Positions 26,663 to 36,386 of a stretch of DNA of 43,052 nucleotides are shown one piece after another. The notes under the pieces were generated by a model. It was not told the DNA's origin and ran no database searches. It saw only the letters and a program-made list of their open reading frames with translations. The stretch spans positions 1 through 43,052 of the forward strand of contig CAJWCD010000009.1 of the NCBI GenBank assembly GCA_913020725.1, written 5' to 3'. Position 1 is the first letter of the stretch; each line of letters begins with the position of its first letter. The DNA is from an uncultured Pseudomonadota bacterium. GTDB lineage: Bacteria > SAR324 > NAC60-12. A program made the translations under genes and the position numbers.

Positions 26663-27955
26663 ATGGCTCGTGTTGATGACGTGGACTCCGTTGAAACGGA
26701 CGATGCAAAAAAACCAGCCTCCCGAGGCTTGACGCACATCAATTTCGGAAAAATTCAGCAGCACCTTGTGGGACTCACGGAGGAGGTGCGCCGCATCCAC
26801 AAACAGTCCATTGTTGATAAGCTGAGAGGGTTTCTCTTCAGCGCAGACGAAGAAGAGAACTTGGAACACGCCGGGCAGCTAACGGGCCGGGTGCTGCTCC
26901 CCTTGCTGGAAGAACGGCAAGCCAAGGGCTGGATCGACGCCTTGGAATCTGATCCAGCAGTGCTGACCCCTCGGATTCAGTTGATCCATGCCGCCCTAGC
27001 CTCGCGGAAGAAGGCGAACTTCAACGTCTACCGGGACTTGCTCATCCAGGCCTCGCTCCCGATTTACATCGGGCACGTCACTCCCCGGAACCTCCAGTTT
27101 GCCGTGCAAGCCTATCAGCGCTATCTCAACCGCCTGATCCACTTTGGCAAGCACAAGATCGTAGCACTGCGCTCCAAGCAGTTGGGTCGGGTCAACATTG
27201 ACCGACTTTCCATCAAAGACCTCGTGGACGGTTCGGACGAAGATGAGCTTGATCCGGAACATCAGGTGATCGGGCAGGAGATGCGCTGTGCCAACCGCAT
27301 GGTCCGGCAGGGCGGCAACCTCATGAAGCGGCTCAAGGCCGGCTTCACTATCCCGCTCGACCTCTCGGACCTCAACCGCCAAGATCCTCGCATTTTCGAG
27401 GGCGGGTTTCTTGGGAATGTCGAAGCCAACCGTGTAGTTCCTGACAAGGAGGCTCTGCTGACCCGCAAGGTTGCGGCCACTCTGGAGTTCATCCGCGAGG
27501 TTCCGTCCCTGCACTCGCTTGGACTGATGGTCGCCTCCCGGATGCAAGAGACCGAGCCGCACTCCGCGCAGTCCTACCTGATGGAGGCACGCATCCGGCT
27601 GGAGGCCACCCGGCTCTACATCCTGCGTTACGAACACGGGGACCCCACCGCCCGGCCTGGAATCCCTCCGACCTTCCGACAGGCGTTCAACGCATTCCGC
27701 AAGGGTTTGCAACTCATCAAGATCGACCAACCCAAGGATCAGGACCTCTCCGCAATGGGCGAGTACATGGACCTCGTGCAGTTCGTCCATGTGCATCGTC
27801 CGCTGCTGATGATCACTCACGAAGCCCTACAGCAGATGATCCGGGTGGCCCACAAGGCCATGCACGCCGCCGCCGAGCGCGATGGGCGCTACAAGCCCCG
27901 GCTCCAGAAAATCCGGGAACTCATGCGCCGTTATGGACTGGCCAACGAGATCTGA
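26663..27955 (+). CDS. Uncharacterised alpha-helical protein, paralogue of 20195..21493
   Basis: ~430-aa ORF translationally coupled (TGATG) to the VWA gene; aligns by eye to 20195..21493. Confidence 0.8.
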   Translation: MARVDDVDSVETDDAKKPASRGLTHINFGKIQQHLVGLTEEVRRIHKQSIVDKLRGFLFSADEEENLEHAGQLTGRVLLPLLEERQAKGWIDALESDPAVLTPRIQLIHAALASRKKANFNVYRDLLIQASLPIYIGHVTPRNLQFAVQAYQRYLNRLIHFGKHKIVALRSKQLGRVNIDRLSIKDLVDGSDEDELDPEHQVIGQEMRCANRMVRQGGNLMKRLKAGFTIPLDLSDLNRQDPRIFEGGFLGNVEANRVVPDKEALLTRKVAATLEFIREVPSLHSLGLMVASRMQETEPHSAQSYLMEARIRLEATRLYILRYEHGDPTARPGIPPTFRQAFNAFRKGLQLIKIDQPKDQDLSAMGEYMDLVQFVHVHRPLLMITHEALQQMIRVAHKAMHAAAERDGRYKPRLQKIRELMRRYGLANEI

Positions 27956-29319
27956 TGCTCAGCAGCTTTCCGCACACCCTCAAACGCTTCGGACTCGATG
28001 CCGATGTCCGGGTACTGCTCGACCTCTACCGCACCTTTGAGTTGGGCTTGGTGAGCAACCTTGGCTCGCTGCACGATGTCTCCCGGCTGCTCGTCTGCAA
28101 GTCCAAGCGGGATTTCGCACCCTACACCCTCGCGTTTTGGGAACACTTCCTCGGAATTGATGTCAAAGCCCACCGCACTCTCAACGAAGCCGTGCGGAAC
28201 TCTCCGGCGTTTGAACACTGGCTTGCCCAGCAACTCGACACCGATAAAGCCGGGGATGCCGTAGACTGGGAAGCACTGGTGGACCGCTTCCTCAACGAAG
28301 TGATGGCCTCCGATCTTCCGAAAAACATCATCAAAGAACTGGACGCTCGCGAGCATTTGGACAAGGACAACCCTAACCTTGCGGACTCTGCCACAGGCTC
28401 CGGCGGCGGCCCGCCGAACCGCTCCGACAAGCTGGTGGACTACTCAGGAATTTCAATGGATGAACTGCTCGACCGCATGAAGCGGGTGGCCGAACAGCAA
28501 AAGGCACCCCACAGTGGTGGCGGGCACTGGATCGGTAGCCACGGGCATTCACCCTACGGCCATTCTGGACAAGGCATTGGGGGCATCCGCGTCGGCGGTG
28601 CCGGACACGCAGGTTCGGCCCGCAAGGTCTTGGGCGATCCTGAGTTTTATCCGGTTGATCTGGACGCGCCCCTCAACGATGATCACCTCGATGCCGCACT
28701 GCAAGCTCTGCAAGATTTGCACGACTCCTCCGACGACCGCCGCCTTGACATCAACCGGACGGTGGAGAACACCGGACGCAATGCCGGAATCGTCGTGCCC
28801 CACTTTCTCCGGGAGCAGCTTGACCGCACCCGCGTGATCCTGCTGCTGGACAACGGTGGCAACTCTATGTGGACCCACGCCCGCAAAGTGCAGTCGCTCT
28901 TCGGCAAGATCAAGCGGCGCTTCCCCCATGACCTCAAATCCTACTACTTCCACAACGCGATCTACGATCAGGTGTATGAGGACGAAATGCGCCGCAAACC
29001 GACTGCCCTGCGCAAGCTGCTCGAACACAGCCCGGATTACCGCGTCTTCTTCGTGGGGGATGCCTACATGGGCGCTCACGAGTTGTTGGCCCCCTTTGGC
29101 TCCATCGAGTACCGCGAGGAATCCGCCACTCCCAGCGTTCGCAACCTGCAAACGCTCCGGGATCACTTTCCCTACATGATGTGGCTCAACCCCACTCCCG
29201 CCCCCTACTGGTCCCGCACCGTGGCCCCGTTCATTCAGGAGGTCATGCCGATGGAACCCCTCACATTGCACGGCATCGCCAACGCCGTCCGCACCTTCAA
29301 CCAAACCCGGCACTTTTAG
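27955..29319 (+). CDS. VWA-domain CoxE-like protein (COG3825 type)
   Basis: Gly-rich GGGHWIGSHGHSPYGHSG...GIRVGG; LDINRTV; ILLLDNGGNSM (MIDAS-like); YYFHNAIYD; FFVGDAYM; WLNP. Confidence 0.85.
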   Translation: MLSSFPHTLKRFGLDADVRVLLDLYRTFELGLVSNLGSLHDVSRLLVCKSKRDFAPYTLAFWEHFLGIDVKAHRTLNEAVRNSPAFEHWLAQQLDTDKAGDAVDWEALVDRFLNEVMASDLPKNIIKELDAREHLDKDNPNLADSATGSGGGPPNRSDKLVDYSGISMDELLDRMKRVAEQQKAPHSGGGHWIGSHGHSPYGHSGQGIGGIRVGGAGHAGSARKVLGDPEFYPVDLDAPLNDDHLDAALQALQDLHDSSDDRRLDINRTVENTGRNAGIVVPHFLREQLDRTRVILLLDNGGNSMWTHARKVQSLFGKIKRRFPHDLKSYYFHNAIYDQVYEDEMRRKPTALRKLLEHSPDYRVFFVGDAYMGAHELLAPFGSIEYREESATPSVRNLQTLRDHFPYMMWLNPTPAPYWSRTVAPFIQEVMPMEPLTLHGIANAVRTFNQTRHF

Positions 29320-30884
29320 GGACGGTAGACAAACTGGTAGAGTGTGTGTTCGGGGCGCGAGCCAAAGACCAGTCCCGCAACCTCCGGGGAATACGCAAGC
29401 GTTTCGGTATTCTCGAAAAGAACAATGAAGGACGAGATGACTTGGTGTTCGCGCTGGAGCTCTTCGTAATGCTGCTGGCGCTGCACCACGTCCGCAAGGC
29501 GAATACCCTCCAGCACACGCTGCGACCACGCTTCCGGAGTCGCCCAGTTGTTGCGGTAGGGAAGCGAACGCGGCTGTGAGTCGCTGGCGGGGTTGTAGCC
29601 AAAAGCGATGGCGTTATTGTGAGGGTCCGGATAGTCCGGATACCACACACCGAGGTAGAGATCGTGCTGCCGAGTCTTGTAGCGTATGAGCGTGTTTCTC
29701 CCGGAGTCCAACACCAGCTTCACCGCAACCTTCGCCTGCGCAAACGCCGCCTTGATCGAGCGGGCCATCGTCTGAAAGGGAAAGTCGCGGTCGGCGTCCA
29801 AGCGCACGGAAAACCCGTTCCGTAGTTTCGCATCGGCCAGCAGTTGACGGGCACGAGCCACATCCCGCCCAAAGCCATTCTGCTGCAAGGCACCCAGCAA
29901 TCCGGACGGCACAAAGCCCGGATGCATCCGAACTTGCCCCTCAAGGTGTTCCTGTAAACCCTGATAATCCACCAGCCGCCGCAGGGCTTGCCGAACCTTG
30001 TTCTTCCGCAGGTGCGGGTTCTCCAGATTGAGTGCCAAATAGTAAACTGCACCCCGCGGCACCGTTTGTTTCACCAATCTCGTTTTTGCCAAGCTGGACA
30101 CTTCCTCCACCGCCAACCCACGAGCGATCTGCACCTCACCTTGCTGTAGGGCTTTCAGCCGTGACGCGGATTCCGGAAATTGCACAAACTCCACGCCTCC
30201 GATCATCGACATCCCATTCCAGTAAGCGGGGTTGCGCGTGAGTAAAAAACGCTTAGAATTCCACGTTTTCCAAGCAAACGGACCTGATCCGGCATGGTGT
30301 TGGGCCAGCCACTTTGCCCCCAAGTCCCCCTGCTGCTCGTGCTTGAGGACGAGGTCACGCTGGACCACAGAGGCCATCGGCATCGTCAAGGTGTTCAGCA
30401 AAAAAGTCGGCGCCATCGGCATCGTCGTCTTCAGCACTAAAGTCCGGGCATCCTGAGCTTGAATCAGGGCTTTCGCCGTTTTCGCGGTCCACCCCAAAAA
30501 CCGGAAAGGCACGGGCGAAAACTTGCGCATCTGGATCATGCGATGCAGGGAAAAGGCGGCATCGTGTGCGGTGACAGCGGCTCCGGAAACAAACTTGGGA
30601 TCGGTGCGTAGCGTGAATGTGAAGGTCTGCTGATCGGGGCTGACCGTCCAAGACTCCGCCAGCAAGCCGTAGTGGCTTCCGGGGGTGCCCGGATCGTACT
30701 CGACCAACCGATCATAGGTGTTGCCGATAATTTCTCGCGACAGTGGCCCGCTTGCACGGGCCGGGTCGAGGGTGCGGATTATCAGTTCCACCGCCACCCG
30801 CAGGCTCTCGGTGCGATCCTGCCCAAAGCTTCCAGAAGCTAGGCTCACAACCATCAGCAAAACCAGTCCGATCCGAATCCTCAT
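29316..30884 (-). CDS. ABC transporter solute-binding protein, family 5 (DppA/OppA-like); alternative start 30902
   Basis: Signal peptide; TLDPA, YDRLVEY, LAESWTVSPDQQTFTFTLR...F.SG..VTAHDAAFSL, AGSGPF, WYPDYPDP. Confidence 0.9.
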   Translation of the reverse strand: MRIRIGLVLLMVVSLASGSFGQDRTESLRVAVELIIRTLDPARASGPLSREIIGNTYDRLVEYDPGTPGSHYGLLAESWTVSPDQQTFTFTLRTDPKFVSGAAVTAHDAAFSLHRMIQMRKFSPVPFRFLGWTAKTAKALIQAQDARTLVLKTTMPMAPTFLLNTLTMPMASVVQRDLVLKHEQQGDLGAKWLAQHHAGSGPFAWKTWNSKRFLLTRNPAYWNGMSMIGGVEFVQFPESASRLKALQQGEVQIARGLAVEEVSSLAKTRLVKQTVPRGAVYYLALNLENPHLRKNKVRQALRRLVDYQGLQEHLEGQVRMHPGFVPSGLLGALQQNGFGRDVARARQLLADAKLRNGFSVRLDADRDFPFQTMARSIKAAFAQAKVAVKLVLDSGRNTLIRYKTRQHDLYLGVWYPDYPDPHNNAIAFGYNPASDSQPRSLPYRNNWATPEAWSQRVLEGIRLADVVQRQQHYEELQREHQVISSFIVLFENTETLAYSPEVAGLVFGSRPEHTLYQFVYRP

Positions 30885-31115
30885 GGGCTTTATCTTTATC
30901 ATCCTCTTATTTCGCAGAACCCTCCTCCAAGAGGCAAGTCCACAACAGTTTTGCTGCTCGATCTTGTCGGATGTTGAGTTCACCGGAACGATACGCTAAA
31001 TTGTTATGAGGTCATCTGGCATTGACTGTTGGCCCTGCCACGCCTTCCTTTTCGAGAAGCGAAAGGAGCGGAATGTCTCTGCCCCGCAGGAATCGAATAA
31101 AGAAATAGCTTGAGC

Positions 31116-31265
31116 GTGACCACCATTTTATCGCATTACTTGAAAGTGCTTCGAGACCTGAAGGCGACGAAGCCTGCGTATTATTACCTTCACCTCTTTT
31201 TTGTCGCCGGCGCAGTCTTCGTCCTGCTGCTGGTGCTCTTGCAATCCTTGGTCGGGGGCAACTGA
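31116..31265 (+). CDS. Small single-TM protein (49 aa; not in the ORF track; GTG start, or TTG at 31110)
   Basis: MTTILSHYLKVLRDLKATKPAYYYLHLFFVAGAVFVLLLVLLQSLVGGN: amphipathic N-terminus plus a clean TM helix; fills the gap upstream of the TerB-like gene. Confidence 0.55.
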   Translation: MTTILSHYLKVLRDLKATKPAYYYLHLFFVAGAVFVLLLVLLQSLVGGN

Positions 31266-31307
31266 GCCCTCGTCCGGGAGCAGCCCGAACCCTTTCCACG
31301 GAGGTCC

Positions 31308-31769
31308 ATGTTCCGACTCAGACTTGAAGATGCGTTCATCCAGCAACTCAGCGGAGACACCCGCAAGTGGTTGGGCAACACCATGACCGCCATGCTTGTT
31401 GCCGATGGTGCCATTGGCAAAGCAGAGATGCCTGCGCTGCGCGATGCCCTTGAATTGCTGGAAACCAAGGAAGAAGCCGCCGCCCTGATGGAAAAGGTCA
31501 AGACCAAGGAGACGATTGAAATCGTGGACTTGAAAGACGAACGTAACATTTGCGCGGTCGCCTTTTTCTTCCTCTCTTCCATCATCGTCATGGACGGCAG
31601 GGTCACGAAGAGCGAGGCCGAGATGTTCAAAAAAGTGGGCGGCAAGTTGGGCTTCAACCGGGATTATGCCCGTCAGGTGCTGGAATGGGCCACCGAGCAG
31701 ATGAAACTCAACAAGCGCCGCAACGCCATGATTGAGGAAGCCTCAGGGCTACGCGCCCAGTACTCCTGA
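31308..31769 (+). CDS. Stand-alone TerB-like protein
   Basis: SD GGAGG; two TerB-type half-motifs MLVADGAIGKAE and IIVMDGRVTKSE...VGGKLGF. Confidence 0.78.
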   Translation: MFRLRLEDAFIQQLSGDTRKWLGNTMTAMLVADGAIGKAEMPALRDALELLETKEEAAALMEKVKTKETIEIVDLKDERNICAVAFFFLSSIIVMDGRVTKSEAEMFKKVGGKLGFNRDYARQVLEWATEQMKLNKRRNAMIEEASGLRAQYS

Positions 31770-31776
31770 GTAGCGG

Positions 31777-32958
31777 ATGGATGCCCGCATCATTGACGGG
31801 CTTGATCAGGTCAGCCCCGATGCCTGGAATGCTCTTATCGGGGCGAATTTCCCCTTTCTGGAACACGACTTCCTCCGCACTCTGGAGGAAACCCGTTGTG
31901 TTGGTGCAAACACCGGCTGGCTCCCGCAACATCTGCTGCTCCATGACAAAGGCCAGCTTGTCGGTGCTGTTCCGCTTTACCTGAAGACGGACAGTTACGG
32001 AGAGTACATCTTCGACTGGGAGTGGGCGAACGCCTACCAGCGCCACGGACTCCCCTACTACCCCAAGCTCACCTGCGCGATTCCCTACACCCCGGCGACC
32101 GGGCCTCGGCTCTTGGTGCATCCGAAGGCTCCGGAAGTTCAAGTGCAAGCCCGTCTGCTTGAGGAAGTGCGCACACTGCTGGACTCGTCCTTCAGCAGTT
32201 CCCTCCACTTTCTCTTCATTCCAGAATCCGAAGTTCCGGCTTTCAAAGATGCCGGATTCATCATCCGGCACAGCTACCAGTTCCACTGGAGCAATCCGGG
32301 CTATGCCGACTTTGCCGAGTTTCTGGAGGCTCTGAAAGGGCGGCGGCGCAAGGAGATTCTCCGGGAGCGGAGGCAGGTCCGGGAGCAAGGGCTGGAAATT
32401 TCATGGATCAGCGGCGACACTCTGCAAGGGTGGCACGCCGACCTGTTCTATCGTTTCTACCGAACCACCATTCACCACAAGTGGTCGAACGCCTACCTCA
32501 CCCGTGGATTCTTCCACAAGGTGTTTGAGCGCATGGCCTCGCAGGTGCTGCTCGTGTTGGCAATGCAGGACGGGGAATGCGTGGCCGGCACCCTCAATTT
32601 CCACAAGGGCAAGCGGCTGTACGGACGTTACTGGGGCTGCACACAGGAATTCCGCAGCCTCCACTTTGAGCTGTGCTACTACCAGACCATCGAGTACGCG
32701 ATCCAAAACGGCATCGAGCTTTTTGAAGCTGGAGCGCAAGGGCCGCACAAGCTCCAACGTGGTTTCCTGCCGTCGCTCACCTACAGCGCCCACTGGATCG
32801 GCGATCCCGCGTTCCGCAATGCGATCTCCGAGTTCAACGCTCGCGAGCAGCAAGCCATCGCCACTGGGTTTGCCGAAGCCGAGGAGGGTCATCCCTATCG
32901 CAAGGCTACAGCCTCTCCCTCAACGCCACTTCAGCCCGTTCACTTGATCAAGTCGTAG
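31777..32958 (+). CDS. FemAB-like GNAT protein (DUF482/COG3146 family)
   Basis: [41 protein letters not shown]...[38 protein letters not shown]. Confidence 0.92.
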   Translation: MDARIIDGLDQVSPDAWNALIGANFPFLEHDFLRTLEETRCVGANTGWLPQHLLLHDKGQLVGAVPLYLKTDSYGEYIFDWEWANAYQRHGLPYYPKLTCAIPYTPATGPRLLVHPKAPEVQVQARLLEEVRTLLDSSFSSSLHFLFIPESEVPAFKDAGFIIRHSYQFHWSNPGYADFAEFLEALKGRRRKEILRERRQVREQGLEISWISGDTLQGWHADLFYRFYRTTIHHKWSNAYLTRGFFHKVFERMASQVLLVLAMQDGECVAGTLNFHKGKRLYGRYWGCTQEFRSLHFELCYYQTIEYAIQNGIELFEAGAQGPHKLQRGFLPSLTYSAHWIGDPAFRNAISEFNAREQQAIATGFAEAEEGHPYRKATASPSTPLQPVHLIKS

Positions 32959-34144
32959 GCTTGCGTGGTCAGGAATTCCTCAAACGTGTCGGAGGTGACC
33001 AGCGACTCGAACAGCTTGGTGGCCTGAAGCGTACTCTCCTCGTGGTAGGCGGCTCCGTGTTCTTTGCGGATCACTTCCAACTCTTCCGGAATCATGGTGC
33101 GGATCATGTCGGTAGTGACCTTGCTACTGTTGACTTCCGCATCCTTGCGGCTGGGGATGAACGCTGTCATGCCACCAATCGCATGGGCACCGCGCTTGTG
33201 GCAGGTGCGCACCATCAACTCCGTATACGCCCGCATCATCGGCACGGTCATCGTCACCTGCGAACGATCCGGCCAAAGGAAATCGGGATCGTGGTGGAAC
33301 TTCTTGATCGCGCTGAACATGTAGTCCCAGCGGCCCGCGTTGAGTCCGGCCATGTGGTCACGCAACTCGTGGATGATCTCCTCCATCTCAAACGCCGCCA
33401 GTATGGTTTCGATCAGCACGGTCGCCTTGATGGAGCCGTGTGGGATGCCGAGCCGTTGCTCCGACCAAGTGAAGACCTCATTGAACCACCGAGCCTCCAA
33501 GTGACCTTCGATTTTCGGCAGGTAGAAGTACGGCTCCGTTCCCGCGTCAAGTGCACGCTGGGTATTGTGGAAGAGGTACAGGCCCATATCCAGATAGGCG
33601 AACCAGAGGAGGATTCGCCCTCCACAAGCAGGTGCTTTTCCTCCATGTGCAAGCCACGAGGCCGAATCAACATCACGGCCAGCCGCCCGTCCTTGAGGGC
33701 ATAGTGCTTGCCTTCCGGATTGGTGAAGGAGATGCTGCGGTCGTAGGCGTCCCGCAGGTTGATCTGCCGCTGAATCTGGTTGTGCCAGTGCGGAGTGTTT
33801 GAGTCCTCCAAATCCGCCATGAAAACGCAGGCACCGGAATTGAGCGCGTTGATCATCATCTTACGATCCACTGGACCCGTGATCTCGCTACGGCGGTCCT
33901 GAAGGTCGTCCGGAAGCGGGGCAATCTGCCAGTCGCCGACGCGGACTGCACGGGTTTCTTCCAAGCAGGTCGGGCGTTTTCCGGACTGAATTTCATCGTG
34001 GAACTGGTGACGCCGTCCCTGTAGTTCCTTGTGACGGGGATTGAATTCGCAGTTGAGGTCCGCAACGAATTCGAGGGCTTCTGGGGTGAGGATGACAGCG
34101 AATCCGGACTAGGAGAGGCCAGTGACTTCAATGGACACAGACAT
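32940..34144 (-). pseudogene. aceB: Malate synthase A pseudogene
   Basis: ATG 34144, then in-frame TAG at codon 12 (34109-34111). Continues ILTPEALEFVA...[26 protein letters not shown]...IRPRGLH. Frameshift near 33590-33605 before DMGLYLFHN...YLPKIE...VLIET...GRWDY...GGMTAFIP. Then jumps near 33125 to the C-terminal helix, lacking the DGTWVAHP and MEDAATAE segments. Confidence 0.88.
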
Positions 34145-34317
34145 GTTTTTGTCTTCGGATTGAGTTGAGGATGAGCCGTCCCCCTGAAAACAGTATGGAA
34201 AGACACACAGTGTAGAAGATTTGTGTAAAATGTACCGTGACACGGCACCTGCGATTGACTGTTCCCCCCAATCCACGCTCTACCATCGCAGGCAATCATT
34301 AACTTCAACAAGACATC

Positions 34318-34806
34318 ATGATCAAAACCACCGATCTTTGGGAGCCGTTCAGCGAGCAACTTCAGGTCGCCAGTTCCGGACTCCAGCACTTTGGCGGCAA
34401 TCGCAACTTCTGCGGAAAAGTGACCACGCTCAAACTCTACGAGGAGAACCAGCTCGTTCGCAACGCAGTTGCCGAATCCAGCGACGGCGGCATTCTGGTC
34501 GTTGACGGCGGCGGTTCGCTACGCACGGTGTTGCTGGGGGATTTGCTCGCGCAAAAAGCGCTGGATCACGGCTGGTCTGGAATCATCATCAACGGCTCGG
34601 TCCGCGATTCCACAGAGCTTGCCACGATGCCGCTTGGCGTCCTTGCCCTCGGCACCACCCCACGACGCAGTGCAAAAGAAGGCTGGGGCTACCGGGATCG
34701 CCCCGTGCAGTTTCTCGGTGTTACCATCCGTCCGGGAGCTTGGATCTGCACCGATGCCGACGGTTGGGTAATTGCGCCTGCCCCTCTCCAACCACAGGGA
34801 GAGTGA
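34318..34806 (+). CDS. rraA: RraA/MenG family protein (HMG aldolase/oxaloacetate decarboxylase-like)
   Basis: TTDLWE, FGGNRNFCGKVTTLKLYEEN, ILVVDGGGSLR..LLGD, GWSGIIINGSVRD, DADG. Confidence 0.88.
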   Translation: MIKTTDLWEPFSEQLQVASSGLQHFGGNRNFCGKVTTLKLYEENQLVRNAVAESSDGGILVVDGGGSLRTVLLGDLLAQKALDHGWSGIIINGSVRDSTELATMPLGVLALGTTPRRSAKEGWGYRDRPVQFLGVTIRPGAWICTDADGWVIAPAPLQPQGE

Positions 34807-35597
34807 TGGACTGGAACACCTTGCTTGTCGAGGATTCCGGCGCAGGAATTTTCACCCTCACGCTCCAGCGTCCGGAGCAGCACAACGCTATGAATCTGGA
34901 GATGATTCGAGAGTTGCGGAATGCTTTCGATGAGCTTTCCAGCAAGGCATCGCTGCGTGGTTTGGTACTCTCTGGTGGCAACGGTCCCAGCTTTTGCGCA
35001 GGAGGGGATTTGCGCTGGATGCAGGGTAGTGCCCAACAGCCTGCCGAACAACGCAGGGCCGAAGCCCGGGAACTCGCGGAAATGCTGGCGGCTCTCAACG
35101 ATTTCCCCGCCCTCACCCTCGCCCGTATCAACGGCGCAGCTTACGGAGGTGGCCTTGGACTCATTGCCTGCTGCGATTTGGCGGTTGCCGTGGAAACGGC
35201 TCAGTTCGCGCTCACAGAAGTGCGGCTCGGTCTGATCCCTGCAACCATTTCTCCCTTTGTGGTCGGGAAACTCGGAGGGGCTAACTCCCGCCGGGTGATG
35301 CTGCACGCCAAGCGTTTTAACGCCTACGAAGCCCAAGCACTGGGGCTGATCTCCGACATTGCCGCCGATCTCGAAGCGCTCGATCAAGCGATCTCACGGG
35401 AACTGAAACTGCTCGTGAAATGCGCTCCGGAAGCTGTGCGCACCACGAAGCAGTTAATCTGCACAGTGGAAAACCAAGCTCCGGAAACCGTGCGGGAATA
35501 CACGGTCAAGTGCTTGTCCGAAACTTGGGAGACGGACAGCACCCGCGAGGGCGTCTCTGCCTTCTTTGAAAAACGACCTCCGGAGTGGGCCACATGA
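34806..35597 (+). CDS. Enoyl-CoA hydratase/crotonase (methylglutaconyl-CoA hydratase-like)
   Basis: LQRPEQHNAM, FCAGGDL.WM, GAAYGGGLGLIACCD, FALTEVRLGLIPATISPFV, EGVSAFFEKRPPEW; TGATG coupling to rraA. Confidence 0.9.
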   Translation: MDWNTLLVEDSGAGIFTLTLQRPEQHNAMNLEMIRELRNAFDELSSKASLRGLVLSGGNGPSFCAGGDLRWMQGSAQQPAEQRRAEARELAEMLAALNDFPALTLARINGAAYGGGLGLIACCDLAVAVETAQFALTEVRLGLIPATISPFVVGKLGGANSRRVMLHAKRFNAYEAQALGLISDIAADLEALDQAISRELKLLVKCAPEAVRTTKQLICTVENQAPETVREYTVKCLSETWETDSTREGVSAFFEKRPPEWAT

Positions 35598-35688
35598 CCT
35601 GTCCACCGTTCCTCAGTAAGGCGTTTCCGGTTTGCAGCATCGGTTGGGAAATGTCACCGTAAAAGAAAATTACTGAGTTCCACAAGCC

Positions 35689-36363
35689 ATGAGAATCACA
35701 CTCATTACCAAAGTTAAATTCCTCCCCAGTCGCCTGCAACTCCGAGCAGGTGCTTGGGCAGCGCTCATCAGCTTGAGTACACTTGCCCTGCTGGGAGGGC
35801 CAATGTTTCAGAAAGCCCATGCACAAAACGCCAGTGCTGCAACCGAACCTGCGGGTTCCGTGTTTGAAGGTGTGGGCCGACGCTACCCCAGCCTTCATGT
35901 GGGCCTCGACTTCATGGTACTCAGCACCCCGCACTATTCCGCGAACCGTGCGGTGTTCGGCTCCCAGTACTCGTTTTGGGGGGAATACTGGCCGTGGGAT
36001 GCCTTCGGGTTCAAGAGCATGTACGCCTCCCAAAAGTATCCGGACCTCAGCAACGCGAGTTTAAACCACGCAACCACGACTCTCGCCTTGCTCGGCAAAT
36101 ACCGCTTTGACACCAGCAGTGACTGGCATTTCACCGTTGGTGGTGGCTTTGGCAGCAGTGACCACGACCGTAACCCGCCCGCGAGCACGGACCTCAAGGC
36201 CACCTCCGTGCTGGTCACAGAAATGCGGGCGGGTGTAAAAACGACGGAATTTCTCTGGCTTGAAGGCGGGGTTCTCGTCCTCGACGGCCATTCCGGATCA
36301 GGAAGCTCCGCCGCACGGGTGGGTTCGACCAGCTACGGCTTCGGCTTGAATTTCGGATTCTGA
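35689..36363 (+). CDS. Small outer-membrane beta-barrel protein
   Basis: Signal peptide ending AHA-Q; alternating amphipathic strands (LLGKYRF, WHFTVGGGFG, LWLEGGVLVL); C-terminal YGFGLNFGF with terminal Phe (beta-signal). Confidence 0.75.
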   Translation: MRITLITKVKFLPSRLQLRAGAWAALISLSTLALLGGPMFQKAHAQNASAATEPAGSVFEGVGRRYPSLHVGLDFMVLSTPHYSANRAVFGSQYSFWGEYWPWDAFGFKSMYASQKYPDLSNASLNHATTTLALLGKYRFDTSSDWHFTVGGGFGSSDHDRNPPASTDLKATSVLVTEMRAGVKTTEFLWLEGGVLVLDGHSGSGSSAARVGSTSYGFGLNFGF

Positions 36364-36386
36364 CACGACACACACAGTACCGCACG

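Noticed and set aside
34109..34111. In-frame TAG in aceB as possible pyrrolysine or readthrough recoding
   Set aside because: The same gene also has a frameshift and a catalytic-site deletion, so pseudogenisation is the simpler explanation.
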